Source: Butyrivibrio sp. | Lineage (GTDB): Bacteria; Bacillota; Clostridia; Lachnospirales; Lachnospiraceae | Reading direction: 5' to 3' | Assembly: GCA_015056655.1 (NCBI GenBank) | Contig: SVFV01000016.1 | Location: 3,866-35,865 of the forward strand | DNA length: 32,000 bases | Part shown: piece after piece, positions 7,472-17,526 of the stretch | Position numbering within the stretch: the stretch's first letter is position 1 | How the letters are laid out: the number at the start of each line of letters is the position of its first letter | Notes under the pieces: generated by a model | The model's input: the letters and a program-made list of their open reading frames with translations, nothing else | Databases searched by the model: none | Told to the model about the DNA's origin: nothing | Position numbers and translations under genes: made by a program

Positions 7472-8851
7472 ATGACACTCAAAGAATTATTTGCTCCCGT
7501 CGATATGACTGTGGAGAACCCGGTAAAACAAATTGTTAAATTCACTATTCCCATGCTCTTGGGAAACATCGCACAACAGTTATATAGCACAGTAGACAGT
7601 ATAATAGTTGGAAGATTTGTAGGAGACAACGCTCTGGCAGCAGTTGGAAGTGCGACTCCTATAGTAATGCTCATGCTAGTTTTGTTTATGGGAATATCAG
7701 TTGGAGCATCAATCATGGTTTCCCAGTACTTTGGAGCAAGACAGCGTGATCAGTTATCAAAAACAATCGGATGCAGCATAACACTTACAGGACTTGCTTC
7801 ACTTTTTATCATGATTGTAGGACCGATTATTACAAGACCTCTGTTGGAGCTACTTGGAACACCTGAAAGTATCATCGACTGGTGTCAGAGTTACCTTTTC
7901 ATCATGTTCATCGGAATCATGGGAAGTGGTTATTACAACATCATGAGTGGTGTTTTAAGAGGACTTGGTGATTCTGTTTCAGCACTTATTTATCTGCTTG
8001 TTGCAACTATTCTGAACATTATTCTTGATATTGTGTTTGTTGCAAACTTGGGACTTGGCGTAGCTGGTGTTGCCCTTGCAACAATTATTGCCCAGTTCAT
8101 ATCTGCAATCTTGTGTATCAGAAAGCTCACAAAGATGACAGAAGTATTTGATATGAAGAAGGAATACCTGCTCCCTGAGAGGTACTACATAGAAAACCTT
8201 GTTAAGCTTGGACTTCCTTCAGGTGTTACACAGGCGATCTTCTCAATGTCAATGATCGTGGTTCAGAACCTTACAAACACCTTTGGAGAACAGTACATTG
8301 CAGCTAACGTAATCGTAATGCGTGTTGATGGATTCGTTATGCTTCCTGCATTTTCTTTTGGTCAGGCCATGACAACCTTTGCTGGTCAGAACATCGGTGC
8401 AGGCAGAATGGACAGAGTAGAGAAGGGTGCAAAGCAGGGAACATTGGTAGCGATGGGAATTTCCGCAGTGCTTGCAGTACTTATCGTATTGTTTGGAAGA
8501 TTTATAATGGGAATCTTCACATCCACAACTGAGCTGATAAACCTTAGCTATAACATGATGAGCATTCTTATAATTGGATATATTGTGATGGAGGTCACAC
8601 AGTGTCTTTCAGGTATTATGAGAGGTGCAGGTGACACAATGACACCCATGTGGATTTCAATGGTTACATCAATTGCGCTCAGAATTCCAATGGCATATCT
8701 GTTTGTAAATATGACAAAGACACCTGAGCTTCCCCAAGGAAACTGCTACATGATGCAAGTTTCAATGCTTATTACCTGGACAATTGGTGCATTTATCACA
8801 TTCGTGATGTACAAAATTGGAAGATGGAAACACAAGGCAATAACAAGATGA
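7472..8851 (+). CDS. MATE family efflux transporter
   Basis: 459-aa ORF with ~12 hydrophobic segments. The N-terminus 'PVKQIVKFTIPMLLGNIAQQLYSTVDSIIVGRFVG..ALAAVG' is the canonical MATE/NorM opening motif. Confidence 0.88.
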   Translation: MTLKELFAPVDMTVENPVKQIVKFTIPMLLGNIAQQLYSTVDSIIVGRFVGDNALAAVGSATPIVMLMLVLFMGISVGASIMVSQYFGARQRDQLSKTIGCSITLTGLASLFIMIVGPIITRPLLELLGTPESIIDWCQSYLFIMFIGIMGSGYYNIMSGVLRGLGDSVSALIYLLVATILNIILDIVFVANLGLGVAGVALATIIAQFISAILCIRKLTKMTEVFDMKKEYLLPERYYIENLVKLGLPSGVTQAIFSMSMIVVQNLTNTFGEQYIAANVIVMRVDGFVMLPAFSFGQAMTTFAGQNIGAGRMDRVEKGAKQGTLVAMGISAVLAVLIVLFGRFIMGIFTSTTELINLSYNMMSILIIGYIVMEVTQCLSGIMRGAGDTMTPMWISMVTSIALRIPMAYLFVNMTKTPELPQGNCYMMQVSMLITWTIGAFITFVMYKIGRWKHKAITR

Positions 8852-8926
8852 TAGAGGCTGACCTAATCAGCATTTAGCAAAATTTGATAAGAAGCAACAA
8901 ATAAGGACTTATTCGCAAATATTGAA

Positions 8927-8978
8927 AAGCGTTACACTACAGGATTTCGTAGAATGATTGTGGTGTAATGCTTTTTTT
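8927..8978 (+). terminator. intrinsic terminator after the MATE gene, abutting the aguA RBS
   Basis: 14-bp stem AAGCGTTACACTAC / GTGGTGTAATGCTT (two G.U pairs) with a 19-nt loop and a T7 run at 8972-8978. Confidence 0.7.
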
Positions 8979-8998
8979 ATTAATTTTGAGGTACTTAT

Positions 8999-11005
8999 AT
9001 GAGCGAATGGACACAGCTGTGGCTGGACTACAGGAAAGTCTGTGATGGCATAGAAAAAGTAAATGTCATTGTAAGAGACTTTTCCAAGGAAAACAGAGTT
9101 ATAAAGAGTCTCCTTGATGAAATCACAAGAGGTATGAAGGGCCTTACAGGTGCTGAAATATCTGTTGCTATAAAGGATGAATTCGAGGGAAAAAGCGAAG
9201 ATGGAACATTAAATGTAGCGATACAGAAAAATGATGAAATCTTAGCTGAAGGATACAGGATTTTCCGCAAGGGAAGTGAAGTTTTGCTCGAGGCAGCAGA
9301 TGAAAAGGGTGCGCTGTATGGCACTTATCACATATTGCGAATGACTGCCCGCGGCGAGCTGATAGATGGACTTGAGAAAAAGTGTGATCCTGATAATCCT
9401 CTTAGAATGATGAACCACTGGGATAATATGGATGGTTCAATCGAGAGAGGATACTCTGGCAGATCATTTTTCTATAAAAACAACGAGGTCATTGTTGATG
9501 ACAGAACAAGAGACTATGCCAGATTTATGGCGAGCATCGGAATTAACGGCGTTGTTATCAACAATGTAAATGTAAAAGAAGCTGCAAGCTATATGATAAC
9601 CGACAGATACTTTGACAAGCTCAAGGAAATGTCAGATGTATTTGCAGATTATGGAATCAAGATGTACCTGTCACTTAACTTTGCATCACCTATTGAGCTC
9701 GGTGGAATGAAGGTATGTGATCCGCTTGATCCTGAGGTTATCAAATGGTGGGAGGACAAGTGTAAAGAAGTCTTTACAGCACTTCCGGATCTTGGTGGTT
9801 TCCTTGTGAAAGCTGATTCAGAGGGAAGACCTGGACCTTTTACCTATGGAAGAACTCAGGCAGATGGCGCAAACATGCTGGCTGATGTGGTTAAGCCCTA
9901 TGACAAGCTGATCATCTGGAGATGCTTCGTTTACAACTGCACTCAGGATTGGCGAGACACCAAAACAGACAGAGCAAGAGCTGGCTATGATTATTTCAAG
10001 GACCTTGATGGAAAATACCATGAAAATGTAATTCTCCAGATAAAGAATGGTCCTATGGATTTCCAGATTAGAGAACCCGTTTCTCCGCTTCTTGGAGGAC
10101 TTACAAAGACCAATCAGATGCTGGAAGTTCAGATAGCTCAGGAATATACAGGACAGCAGATAGATCTGTGCTACCTTATACCACTGTTTAAGGAGGTTCT
10201 TGATTTTAAGACCTATTGCCAGAAGGATAAGGACACAGTTGCAGATATTATAAGCGGAAGAGCGTTTGGTAATAAGAACTGCGGAATGGCAGCGGTTATC
10301 AACACTGGTAATGATAAGAACTGGACAGGAAATGACCTGGCAGCAGCTAACCTCTATGGATTTGGAAGACTTGCCTATGACATGAGCCTTTCAGCAGAGG
10401 AGATAGCAAGAGAATGGGTAGCTCAGACCTTCGCCCTTGAAAAGGCGGACGAGGACATCATAGTGAAGATGCTCATTGAATCCAGAGATATATATGAGAA
10501 ATACACTTGTCCTCTTGGAATAGGTTGGATGGTAACTCCCAATACTCACTATGGACCAAGCGTTGATGGATATGAGTATTCAAGATGGGGAACCTACCAC
10601 AGAGCAGACCACCTGGGACTTGGAGTTGACAGAAGCGATAAGGGTACAGGTTATGCAATGCAGTATTACCCTGAAAATGCTTCAAAGTACAACGAAATGG
10701 AAAAATGTCCGGAGGAATTACTTCTGTTTTTCCACCATGTACCCTATAGCTACAAGCTTAAGGATGGAAGAACTCTCATTCAGTATATTTACGACAGTCA
10801 CTTTGAAGGTGAAAGCAGAGCTGAAGAGATGGCCGAAAGCTGGGAGAAGCTAAAAGGAAAGATTTCTGATGAGTCCTTTAAGAGAGTAAAAAACAGATTT
10901 GAGAGACAGCTCTACAATGCAAAAGAGTGGAGAGATCAGGTAAATACATATTTTTATAGAAAGAGCGGCATAGCAGACGAGAAAGGAAGAAAGATTTATG
11001 AATAG
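8999..11005 (+). CDS. aguA: alpha-glucuronidase, glycoside hydrolase family 67
   Basis: 668-aa ORF of the length expected for GH67. It has 'WLDYRK' near the N-terminus, 'NHWDNMDGSIERGYSGRSFF' and 'VKADSEGRPGP' motifs. No signal peptide. Confidence 0.85.
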   Translation: MSEWTQLWLDYRKVCDGIEKVNVIVRDFSKENRVIKSLLDEITRGMKGLTGAEISVAIKDEFEGKSEDGTLNVAIQKNDEILAEGYRIFRKGSEVLLEAADEKGALYGTYHILRMTARGELIDGLEKKCDPDNPLRMMNHWDNMDGSIERGYSGRSFFYKNNEVIVDDRTRDYARFMASIGINGVVINNVNVKEAASYMITDRYFDKLKEMSDVFADYGIKMYLSLNFASPIELGGMKVCDPLDPEVIKWWEDKCKEVFTALPDLGGFLVKADSEGRPGPFTYGRTQADGANMLADVVKPYDKLIIWRCFVYNCTQDWRDTKTDRARAGYDYFKDLDGKYHENVILQIKNGPMDFQIREPVSPLLGGLTKTNQMLEVQIAQEYTGQQIDLCYLIPLFKEVLDFKTYCQKDKDTVADIISGRAFGNKNCGMAAVINTGNDKNWTGNDLAAANLYGFGRLAYDMSLSAEEIAREWVAQTFALEKADEDIIVKMLIESRDIYEKYTCPLGIGWMVTPNTHYGPSVDGYEYSRWGTYHRADHLGLGVDRSDKGTGYAMQYYPENASKYNEMEKCPEELLLFFHHVPYSYKLKDGRTLIQYIYDSHFEGESRAEEMAESWEKLKGKISDESFKRVKNRFERQLYNAKEWRDQVNTYFYRKSGIADEKGRKIYE

Positions 11006-13103
11006 AGAAGAAGCTAGAAAAAGAGCAAAAGAATTAGTAAGCAAGATGACAGTTGAGGAGAAGGCTTCTCAGCTTAAGTTTGATGCTGAAGCAATAGACA
11101 GACTTGGAGTACCTGCATATAACTGGTGGAACGAGGCGCTCCACGGTGTTGCAAGAGCAGGCACCGCAACAATGTTCCCTCAGGCAATCGGTATTGCAGC
11201 AGCTTTCGACGAGGACCTTATGAAGGAAATCGGTGAGATCGTTGCTACAGAGGGCAGAGCTAAATACAACGAATCCAGCAAAAGAGGCGACAGAGATATC
11301 TACAAGGGACTTACTTTCTGGACTCCTAACGTAAACATTTTCCGTGATCCCAGATGGGGAAGAGGCCATGAGACTTATGGTGAGGATCCTTTCCTTACAG
11401 GTAAGCTTGCTGTTCCTTTCATCAAGGGTGTTCAGGGTGATGGAGAATACATGAAGGCAGCAGCTTGTGCAAAGCACTTTGCTGTACATTCAGGTCCTGA
11501 GGCTGATCGTCACCACTTTGATGCTAAGGCTTCAAAGAAGGATATGGAGGAGACATACCTTCCTGCATTTGAGGCCTGCGTAAAGGACGCTGATGTTGAG
11601 GCAGTTATGGGTGCTTACAACAGAACAAACGGCGAGCCTTGCTGTGGTCACCAGGTTCTTATGAAGGATATCCTTCGTGGTAAGTGGGGATTCCAGGGAC
11701 ATTATGTTTCAGACTGCTGGGCAGTAAGAGACTTCCATGAGAACCACAAGGTAACAAGAGTTCCTGAGGAATCAGTAAAGCTTGCACTTGAAATGGGCTG
11801 CGACCTTAACTGCGGATGCACATACCAGAAGGTTATGAACGCATACCGTGCAGGATTGCTCGATGAAAAGTACATCACAGAGTCCTGTGAGAGACTTTTC
11901 ACAACAAGATTCCTTCTTGGTATGTTCGACGAAACAGAATACGACAAGATCGATTACACAGTTGTTGAGTGTGAGGATCACCTTAAGGTTGCAAGTAAGG
12001 CAGCACTTGAAGGTATCGTACTTCTTAAGAATGACGGAGTACTTCCTCTTGATAAGAACAAGCTTAAGACAATCGGTGTTGTAGGACCTAATGCAGATTC
12101 CAGAGTTGCACTTATGGGTAACTACCATGGAACATCTTCAAAGTTCGTAACAGTACTTCAGGGTATCCAGAACGCAGTTGGAGAAAACACAAGAGTTCTT
12201 TACTCAGAGGGCTGCGATCTTTGGAAGGAGAACATCAGTAACCTTGCTGATCCTTTCTATCCTGACAGACTTTCTGAGGTTCAGACAGTTGCTGATTACT
12301 CAGACGTTATGGTTGTTGTACTTGGTCTTGACGAGACACTTGAGGGAGAAGAGGGTGATACAGGTAACCAGTTCTCATCAGGAGATAAGAATGACCTTAA
12401 CCTTCCTCTTTCACAGAGACTTCTTCTTAATTCTGTACTTGAGTGTGGAAAGCCTACTATCGTAATCAACATGTCAGGTAGTGCAATAGACCTTTCAACT
12501 GCAGATAAGAAGGCATCAGCTATCATCCAGGCATGGTATCCGGGAGCAAGAGGAGGAAATGATGTAGCAAGCATCCTCTTCGGTGAAGTTTCTCCTTCTG
12601 GTAAGCTTCCTGTAACCTTCTATGGTGATGGAAAAGACCTTCCTGAGTTTACAGATTACTCAATGAAGAACAGAACCTACAGATATTATGAAGGCGTAGC
12701 TGAGTATCCCTTCGGCTTTGGTCTTACATACGGCGACTGCGTAGCTTCTGATATGGAGGTTTCTCTTACAGCAGACGGCGGCGCTGACCTTAAGATTACA
12801 GTTGCTAACAAGGGAAAAGTTGCAACAGATGATGTTCTTCAGATTTATATCAAGGATGTTGATTTTGCGCAGGCAGTAAGAAACCACAGCCTTTGCGGAT
12901 TCAAGAGAGTACATCTTGAAAGCGGCGAAGAGAATGTTGTTGAGCTTCATATTGATAGAAGAGCATTCACATCAGTTGATGAAGACGGAACAAGAGACAT
13001 CTTCTCAAAGAACTTCAAGCTTTACGCTGGATTCTCACAGCCAGATAAGCGTTCTGCAGAGCTTACCGGACATGAGTGCGTATGCAAGGATGTAGCTCTT
13101 TAA
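10998..13103 (+). CDS. glycoside hydrolase family 3 beta-xylosidase/beta-glucosidase-like
   Basis: 701-aa ORF whose start overlaps the aguA stop by 8 nt. It has 'MTVEEKASQL', 'VPAYNWWNEALHGVA', 'IFRDPRWGRGHETYGEDP', and the nucleophile region 'GHYVSDCWA'. No signal peptide. Confidence 0.85.
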   Translation: MNREEARKRAKELVSKMTVEEKASQLKFDAEAIDRLGVPAYNWWNEALHGVARAGTATMFPQAIGIAAAFDEDLMKEIGEIVATEGRAKYNESSKRGDRDIYKGLTFWTPNVNIFRDPRWGRGHETYGEDPFLTGKLAVPFIKGVQGDGEYMKAAACAKHFAVHSGPEADRHHFDAKASKKDMEETYLPAFEACVKDADVEAVMGAYNRTNGEPCCGHQVLMKDILRGKWGFQGHYVSDCWAVRDFHENHKVTRVPEESVKLALEMGCDLNCGCTYQKVMNAYRAGLLDEKYITESCERLFTTRFLLGMFDETEYDKIDYTVVECEDHLKVASKAALEGIVLLKNDGVLPLDKNKLKTIGVVGPNADSRVALMGNYHGTSSKFVTVLQGIQNAVGENTRVLYSEGCDLWKENISNLADPFYPDRLSEVQTVADYSDVMVVVLGLDETLEGEEGDTGNQFSSGDKNDLNLPLSQRLLLNSVLECGKPTIVINMSGSAIDLSTADKKASAIIQAWYPGARGGNDVASILFGEVSPSGKLPVTFYGDGKDLPEFTDYSMKNRTYRYYEGVAEYPFGFGLTYGDCVASDMEVSLTADGGADLKITVANKGKVATDDVLQIYIKDVDFAQAVRNHSLCGFKRVHLESGEENVVELHIDRRAFTSVDEDGTRDIFSKNFKLYAGFSQPDKRSAELTGHECVCKDVAL

Positions 13104-13163
13104 TAGATAAGTTGGAATCAGATTTTTAATCGAGGATATAAAGGTTTTAGAGGGTATAAGAAC

Positions 13164-14918
13164 ATGAGTATAGCAGAAGTACGTGGCCCCAAGGCACCAA
13201 GGGACCCTAAGAAAAAAGATCCGTTTTTTTACGTTATGCATGGGAAGGGCATTTATGGCTCTCCCCAGCCTGACGGAAGAGGAATACAGTTCATTTATTC
13301 TAATGACGGCAGAATCATAGATGCAGCAAGACTTTCTGGAAATATCACTGACGAGGATATGCTCAATAAGCTCAGAAGCACAGCGGGCTTTAGAGAAATG
13401 GTAAAGAGCATCGGAGTCAGCGTATCCGCAAAGATGTCCACTGATCCAGTTCGCTTTGTAATGCAGATGTATCCCAAGAATCCCGGAGAACCTGCAACAG
13501 AGATCTGTAAGGAATTTGTACCTGATGGAATGGAGAACACAATCGACCTTGATACAGTTGACTGGATTGATACAGACAACGAAATTGGTCAGATGAGATT
13601 CGAGTTCCCTAAGACAGGGGTTCAGGCACTTGCTGATGTTAGATTTTATTTAAATGAAGGCTTTACTGCTCCGCCTCAGCCCATGGAATTAATGGTTGAT
13701 ACGAAGTCAGATGCTTATAAGGCAATGATTGCAAACAGCCTTATGCAGGAAGGAAACACAATAAGACTTAACAACCTTTTAAAGAAGGCAGCAGCTGGTG
13801 AAAAGGTTACAGTTGGCTTTATTGGTGGTTCCATTACTCAGGGTGCTGGTGCTATCCCGATTCACGAAATGTGCTATCCCAGAATTTTTGCTGACGATTT
13901 TGAAAAGAAGTTCGCAAAGCCTGGAATGGTAGAGCTTGTAAAGGCAGGCGTTGGAGGTACACCTTCAGAGCTTGGAATGATCAGATTTGAAAGAGATGTA
14001 CTTAAGAGCGGCGATAAAAAGCCTAAGCTTATTGTCATTGAATTTGCAGTTAATGACGAGGGCGACGAGACAAAGGGTGTTTGCTATGAGTCATTAGTCA
14101 GAAAGGCACTTGCACTTCCCTGGAAGCCCGCAGTAGTTCTTATCTTTGCTGTATTCTCACATGACTGGAATCTGCAGGAGAGACTCTCACCTGTAGGAAG
14201 GCGCTATAACCTTCCTATGGTTAGTATCCTTGATGCTGTATCTCCTCAGTTCCCGAAGATGCCTGATGAGGGAAGAGTAATTTCCAAGAATCAGTTCTTC
14301 TATGATCAGTATCATCCCAGCAACATGGGACATAGAGTTATGTGTGACAGCCTTATAAATCTCCTTGAAGTTGTTAGCAAAAAGGGAGAGGCTGCAGCCG
14401 ATGATCTTTATAAGGAAGACGGAAGCATCGACCTTGACAAGATAGAGCCAGCTCTTGGCAAGGATTTTGAGAAGGTTGAGCTTATTGATAAGAAGGAATT
14501 TGAGAGATTAAAGGATAAATATGAAATAACAAACCTTGAAGAAGGTTCCTTTAATAAAGAAGATTCTGATATCCAGAGAGTTGAAATGGACAGCGAGATT
14601 AAGCCTGTTCCTGAGTTCCCTTACAACTGGTCACATGAAGAGAACGCTGGTAACGAGCCCTTCAAGCTTGGACTTAGCTGCAGTAAGCTTTTACTTGTGT
14701 TCAAGGATTCAGGACTTCCGAATCATGGAACAGCAGAGGTGTTCATTGATGGAGAAAAGGTTAAGGATGCAAATCCTTTAGAGGTTGGCTGGACACATTG
14801 TAATCCGGTTATCGTCCTTAACGAAGAAGAGACTAAGCATCACGACGTTGAAATTCGCATGGCTGATGGAATGGAAGATAAAAAATTCACGATTCTTGGG
14901 TTTGGCGTTGTAAAGTAA
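13164..14918 (+). CDS. SGNH/GDSL-family hydrolase (putative carbohydrate esterase) with large unassigned N- and C-terminal regions
   Basis: 584-aa ORF with an AGAGGG SD. The SGNH blocks are block I 'GFIGGSITQG', block II 'AGVGGT', block III 'EFAVNDEG' and block V 'DQYHPS'. No signal peptide. Confidence 0.75.
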   Translation: MSIAEVRGPKAPRDPKKKDPFFYVMHGKGIYGSPQPDGRGIQFIYSNDGRIIDAARLSGNITDEDMLNKLRSTAGFREMVKSIGVSVSAKMSTDPVRFVMQMYPKNPGEPATEICKEFVPDGMENTIDLDTVDWIDTDNEIGQMRFEFPKTGVQALADVRFYLNEGFTAPPQPMELMVDTKSDAYKAMIANSLMQEGNTIRLNNLLKKAAAGEKVTVGFIGGSITQGAGAIPIHEMCYPRIFADDFEKKFAKPGMVELVKAGVGGTPSELGMIRFERDVLKSGDKKPKLIVIEFAVNDEGDETKGVCYESLVRKALALPWKPAVVLIFAVFSHDWNLQERLSPVGRRYNLPMVSILDAVSPQFPKMPDEGRVISKNQFFYDQYHPSNMGHRVMCDSLINLLEVVSKKGEAAADDLYKEDGSIDLDKIEPALGKDFEKVELIDKKEFERLKDKYEITNLEEGSFNKEDSDIQRVEMDSEIKPVPEFPYNWSHEENAGNEPFKLGLSCSKLLLVFKDSGLPNHGTAEVFIDGEKVKDANPLEVGWTHCNPVIVLNEEETKHHDVEIRMADGMEDKKFTILGFGVVK

Positions 14919-15012
14919 ATCATGTGTGTTAATATATAATTATGAATAATAATTAAGAAAAATCTAAAATAAACGGGGATTAACTTAAGCACACAAATAA
15001 GGAGAATTAATT

Positions 15013-16608
15013 ATGGGAGATGCAAAACAAGCTATTGTTGAGGGAAAAACATTACTTGGAATCGAGTTTGGTTCTACAAGAATCAAGGCTGTTTTAACAG
15101 ACCTTGAGCACAATCCTATCGCCCAGGGCGGACATGGCTGGGAGAACAGATTAGATAACGGAATCTGGACATATACACTTGATGATATCTGGGGCGGCCT
15201 TCAGGACTGCTATGCAAAGCTTTCTGCTGATGTTGAAAAGCAGTATGGCGTAAAGCTTACAAAGGTTGGAGCCATGGGATTTTCAGCAATGATGCATGGC
15301 TATATGGCTTTTGATAAGGAAGGAACTCTTCTTGTTCCTTTCCGTACATGGAGAAATACAATCACTGAGGAGGCTTCAGAGAAGCTTACAGATCTCTTCG
15401 GTTATCACATTCCTCAGAGATGGAGCATTGCTCACCTTTATCAGGCAATGCTTAATGGTGAAGAGCATGTTAAGGATGTTACTTTCTTCACAACACTTGC
15501 TGGTTATATTCACTGGCAGCTTACAGGTGAGAAGGTTCTTGGTGTAGGTGATGCATCAGGTATGTTCCCTATCGATTCTTCAACCTGTGATTACAATGAA
15601 AAGATGGTTGCTCAGTTTGATGAGCTTATTGCTGAAAAGGGCTTTGGATTTAAGCTTAGAGACATACTTCCTAAGTCACTTCCTGCAGGTGAGGCAGCAG
15701 GTACACTTACAGCAGAGGGTGCTAAGAAGCTTGATCCTACAGGTACTCTTGAAGCAGGAATTCCTGTATGTCCTCCTGAAGGAGACGCAGGTACAGGTAT
15801 GGCAGCTACAAATTCTGTAGGTGTTCGTACAGGTAACATTTCAGCTGGAACATCAGTATTCTCAATGGTAGTTCTTGAGCATGACCTTTCAAAGGCATAT
15901 CCTGAGCTTGACCTTGTAACTACACCTTCAGGTGAGCAGGTTGCAATGGTTCACTGCAATAACTGTACATCTGACCTCAATGCTTATGTAGGACTTTTCA
16001 GAGAGTTTGCACAGGCTACAGGCAATGATGTTGATGATGATACTCTTTACGGAACACTTTACAGAAAAGCCATGGAAGGCGACGCTGACTGCGGCGGACT
16101 TCTTGCTTACAACTACTTCTCAGGTGAGAGCATCACAGGCTTTAATGAAGGAAGACCGCTCTTTGCAAGAAGACCTGATGCAAAGATGAACCTTGCAAAC
16201 TTCATGAGAACACACCTTTACACAGCTCTTGGAGCACTTAAGGTTGGTAACGATATCCTTATGAAGGAAGAAAATGTTAAGGCTGACTTCTTCTTCGGAC
16301 AGGGCGGATTCTTCAAGATCAGAGGCGTTGGTGACAGAGTAATGGCTGCTGCACTTAACACTCCTATCAAGCTCATGGAGACAGCAGGAGAAGGTGGTCC
16401 TTGGGGACAGGCTATCCTTGCTGGATATATGCTTCAGAAGGATAATGGCGAAACTCTTGAGCAGTACCTCAACAACAAGGTATTCAAAGAGGGTAAGGTT
16501 GAGACCTGCGAGCCTATAGCTGAGGATGTAAAGGGCTTTGATAAGTTCATGGAGGATTACAACGCTGGTCTTGCAATCGAGAGAGCTGCAGTAGATAGTT
16601 TGAAGTAA
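15013..16608 (+). CDS. FGGY-family pentulose kinase (ribulokinase/xylulokinase-like)
   Basis: 531-aa ORF with an AAGGAG SD. It has the '[15 protein letters not shown]' actin-like ATPase phosphate-1 motif and a 'GDAGTGMAA' region. It lies immediately upstream of araD. Substrate is not determinable from sequence by eye. Confidence 0.8.
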   Translation: MGDAKQAIVEGKTLLGIEFGSTRIKAVLTDLEHNPIAQGGHGWENRLDNGIWTYTLDDIWGGLQDCYAKLSADVEKQYGVKLTKVGAMGFSAMMHGYMAFDKEGTLLVPFRTWRNTITEEASEKLTDLFGYHIPQRWSIAHLYQAMLNGEEHVKDVTFFTTLAGYIHWQLTGEKVLGVGDASGMFPIDSSTCDYNEKMVAQFDELIAEKGFGFKLRDILPKSLPAGEAAGTLTAEGAKKLDPTGTLEAGIPVCPPEGDAGTGMAATNSVGVRTGNISAGTSVFSMVVLEHDLSKAYPELDLVTTPSGEQVAMVHCNNCTSDLNAYVGLFREFAQATGNDVDDDTLYGTLYRKAMEGDADCGGLLAYNYFSGESITGFNEGRPLFARRPDAKMNLANFMRTHLYTALGALKVGNDILMKEENVKADFFFGQGGFFKIRGVGDRVMAAALNTPIKLMETAGEGGPWGQAILAGYMLQKDNGETLEQYLNNKVFKEGKVETCEPIAEDVKGFDKFMEDYNAGLAIERAAVDSLK

Positions 16609-16633
16609 TCACTTCATTTTAAAAGGAGATAAC

Positions 16634-17329
16634 ATGTTAGAAGAACTCAAACAAAAAGTATATGAAGCAAACATTCTGCTTCCCAAGTATGGTCTTGTTA
16701 CTTTTACATGGGGTAATGTCAGTGCTATTGACAGAGAGAGCGGATTATTTGTAATAAAGCCAAGTGGAGTTGAGTATGATGCCATGACACCTGATGATAT
16801 GGTTGTTATGGATCTTGATGGTAATAAGGTAGAGGGAAAGCTTAATCCCTCTTCCGATACACCTACTCACGTAGAAATCTACAAGGCATTTAAGGAAGTT
16901 GGCGGTGTTGTACACACACATTCTTCCTATGCAACAAGCTGGGCACAGGCAGGAAGAAGCATTCCCTGCTATGGAACAACTCATGCAGACTATTTCTATG
17001 GAGAAATCCCCTGCGTAAGATGTCTTACAAAGGAAGAGATCGAGGATGCTTACGAGACAAACACAGGAAAGCTTATCGTTAGTGAATTCGAGAGAATGGA
17101 TAAGGATCCTGTTGCTGTTCCCGCTGTTCTTTGCAAGAACCATGGTGTATTTTCATGGGGCAAGGATGCACACGAAGCAGTGCACAATGCAGTAGTTACT
17201 GAGGAAGTTGCTAAGATGGCATACAGATGCGAGGTTATTAACCCCAGAGTAATGCCCGCTCCCCAGGAGCTTCAGGACAAGCACTACTACAGAAAGCATG
17301 GCGCTAACGCATATTATGGACAGCTGTGA
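16634..17329 (+). CDS. araD: L-ribulose-5-phosphate 4-epimerase
   Basis: 231-aa ORF. It is nearly collinear with E. coli AraD ('[35 protein letters not shown]', 'IKPSGV.YD.MT.DDMVV', 'PSSDTPTH', 'HTHS'). Confidence 0.92.
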   Translation: MLEELKQKVYEANILLPKYGLVTFTWGNVSAIDRESGLFVIKPSGVEYDAMTPDDMVVMDLDGNKVEGKLNPSSDTPTHVEIYKAFKEVGGVVHTHSSYATSWAQAGRSIPCYGTTHADYFYGEIPCVRCLTKEEIEDAYETNTGKLIVSEFERMDKDPVAVPAVLCKNHGVFSWGKDAHEAVHNAVVTEEVAKMAYRCEVINPRVMPAPQELQDKHYYRKHGANAYYGQL

Positions 17330-17395
17330 ACACCTGACGAGGTTTTTTCGAGTCTGGTGTGAACGTGTTCTGGCGAGTGAAGCGAGAGCAGAACT
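17330..17395. repeat. twin-hairpin intergenic repeat, copy 1 (directly after the araD stop)
   Basis: Hairpin 1 is CACCTGAC...GTCTGGTG with loop GAGGTTTTTTCGA. Hairpin 2 is GTTCTG...CAGAAC with a 16-nt loop. It is ~75-80% identical to 23197-23263. Confidence 0.6.
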
Positions 17396-17526
17396 TCCTT
17401 ATGACAACATTTGCTAATACAGTGCAAAAAATGAGGTAGACTCACATTTTTATATATGCTAAATTTGGTGTGATGTGAGTTTGTTCATATTAAAGTTTTA
17501 AATGTTTATAGAAACTAGGAGGAATT

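Noticed and set aside
8922-8936. cre (CcpA) -like sequence TTGAAAAGCGTTACA upstream of aguA.
   Set aside because: The outer half-sites fit WTGNAANCGNWNNCW, but the central CG is shifted by one base, so two invariant positions mismatch. It is also simply the left arm of the terminator stem. I do not call it a cre site and mention it only in the aguA-leader finding.
17440-17480. 8-bp hairpin ACTCACAT...ATGTGAGT with a 25-nt AT-rich loop in the transketolase leader (possible attenuator or riboswitch).
   Set aside because: The stem is short, the loop is large and unstructured, no second copy or conserved motif is present, and no T-run follows. This is indistinguishable from chance in AT-rich DNA.
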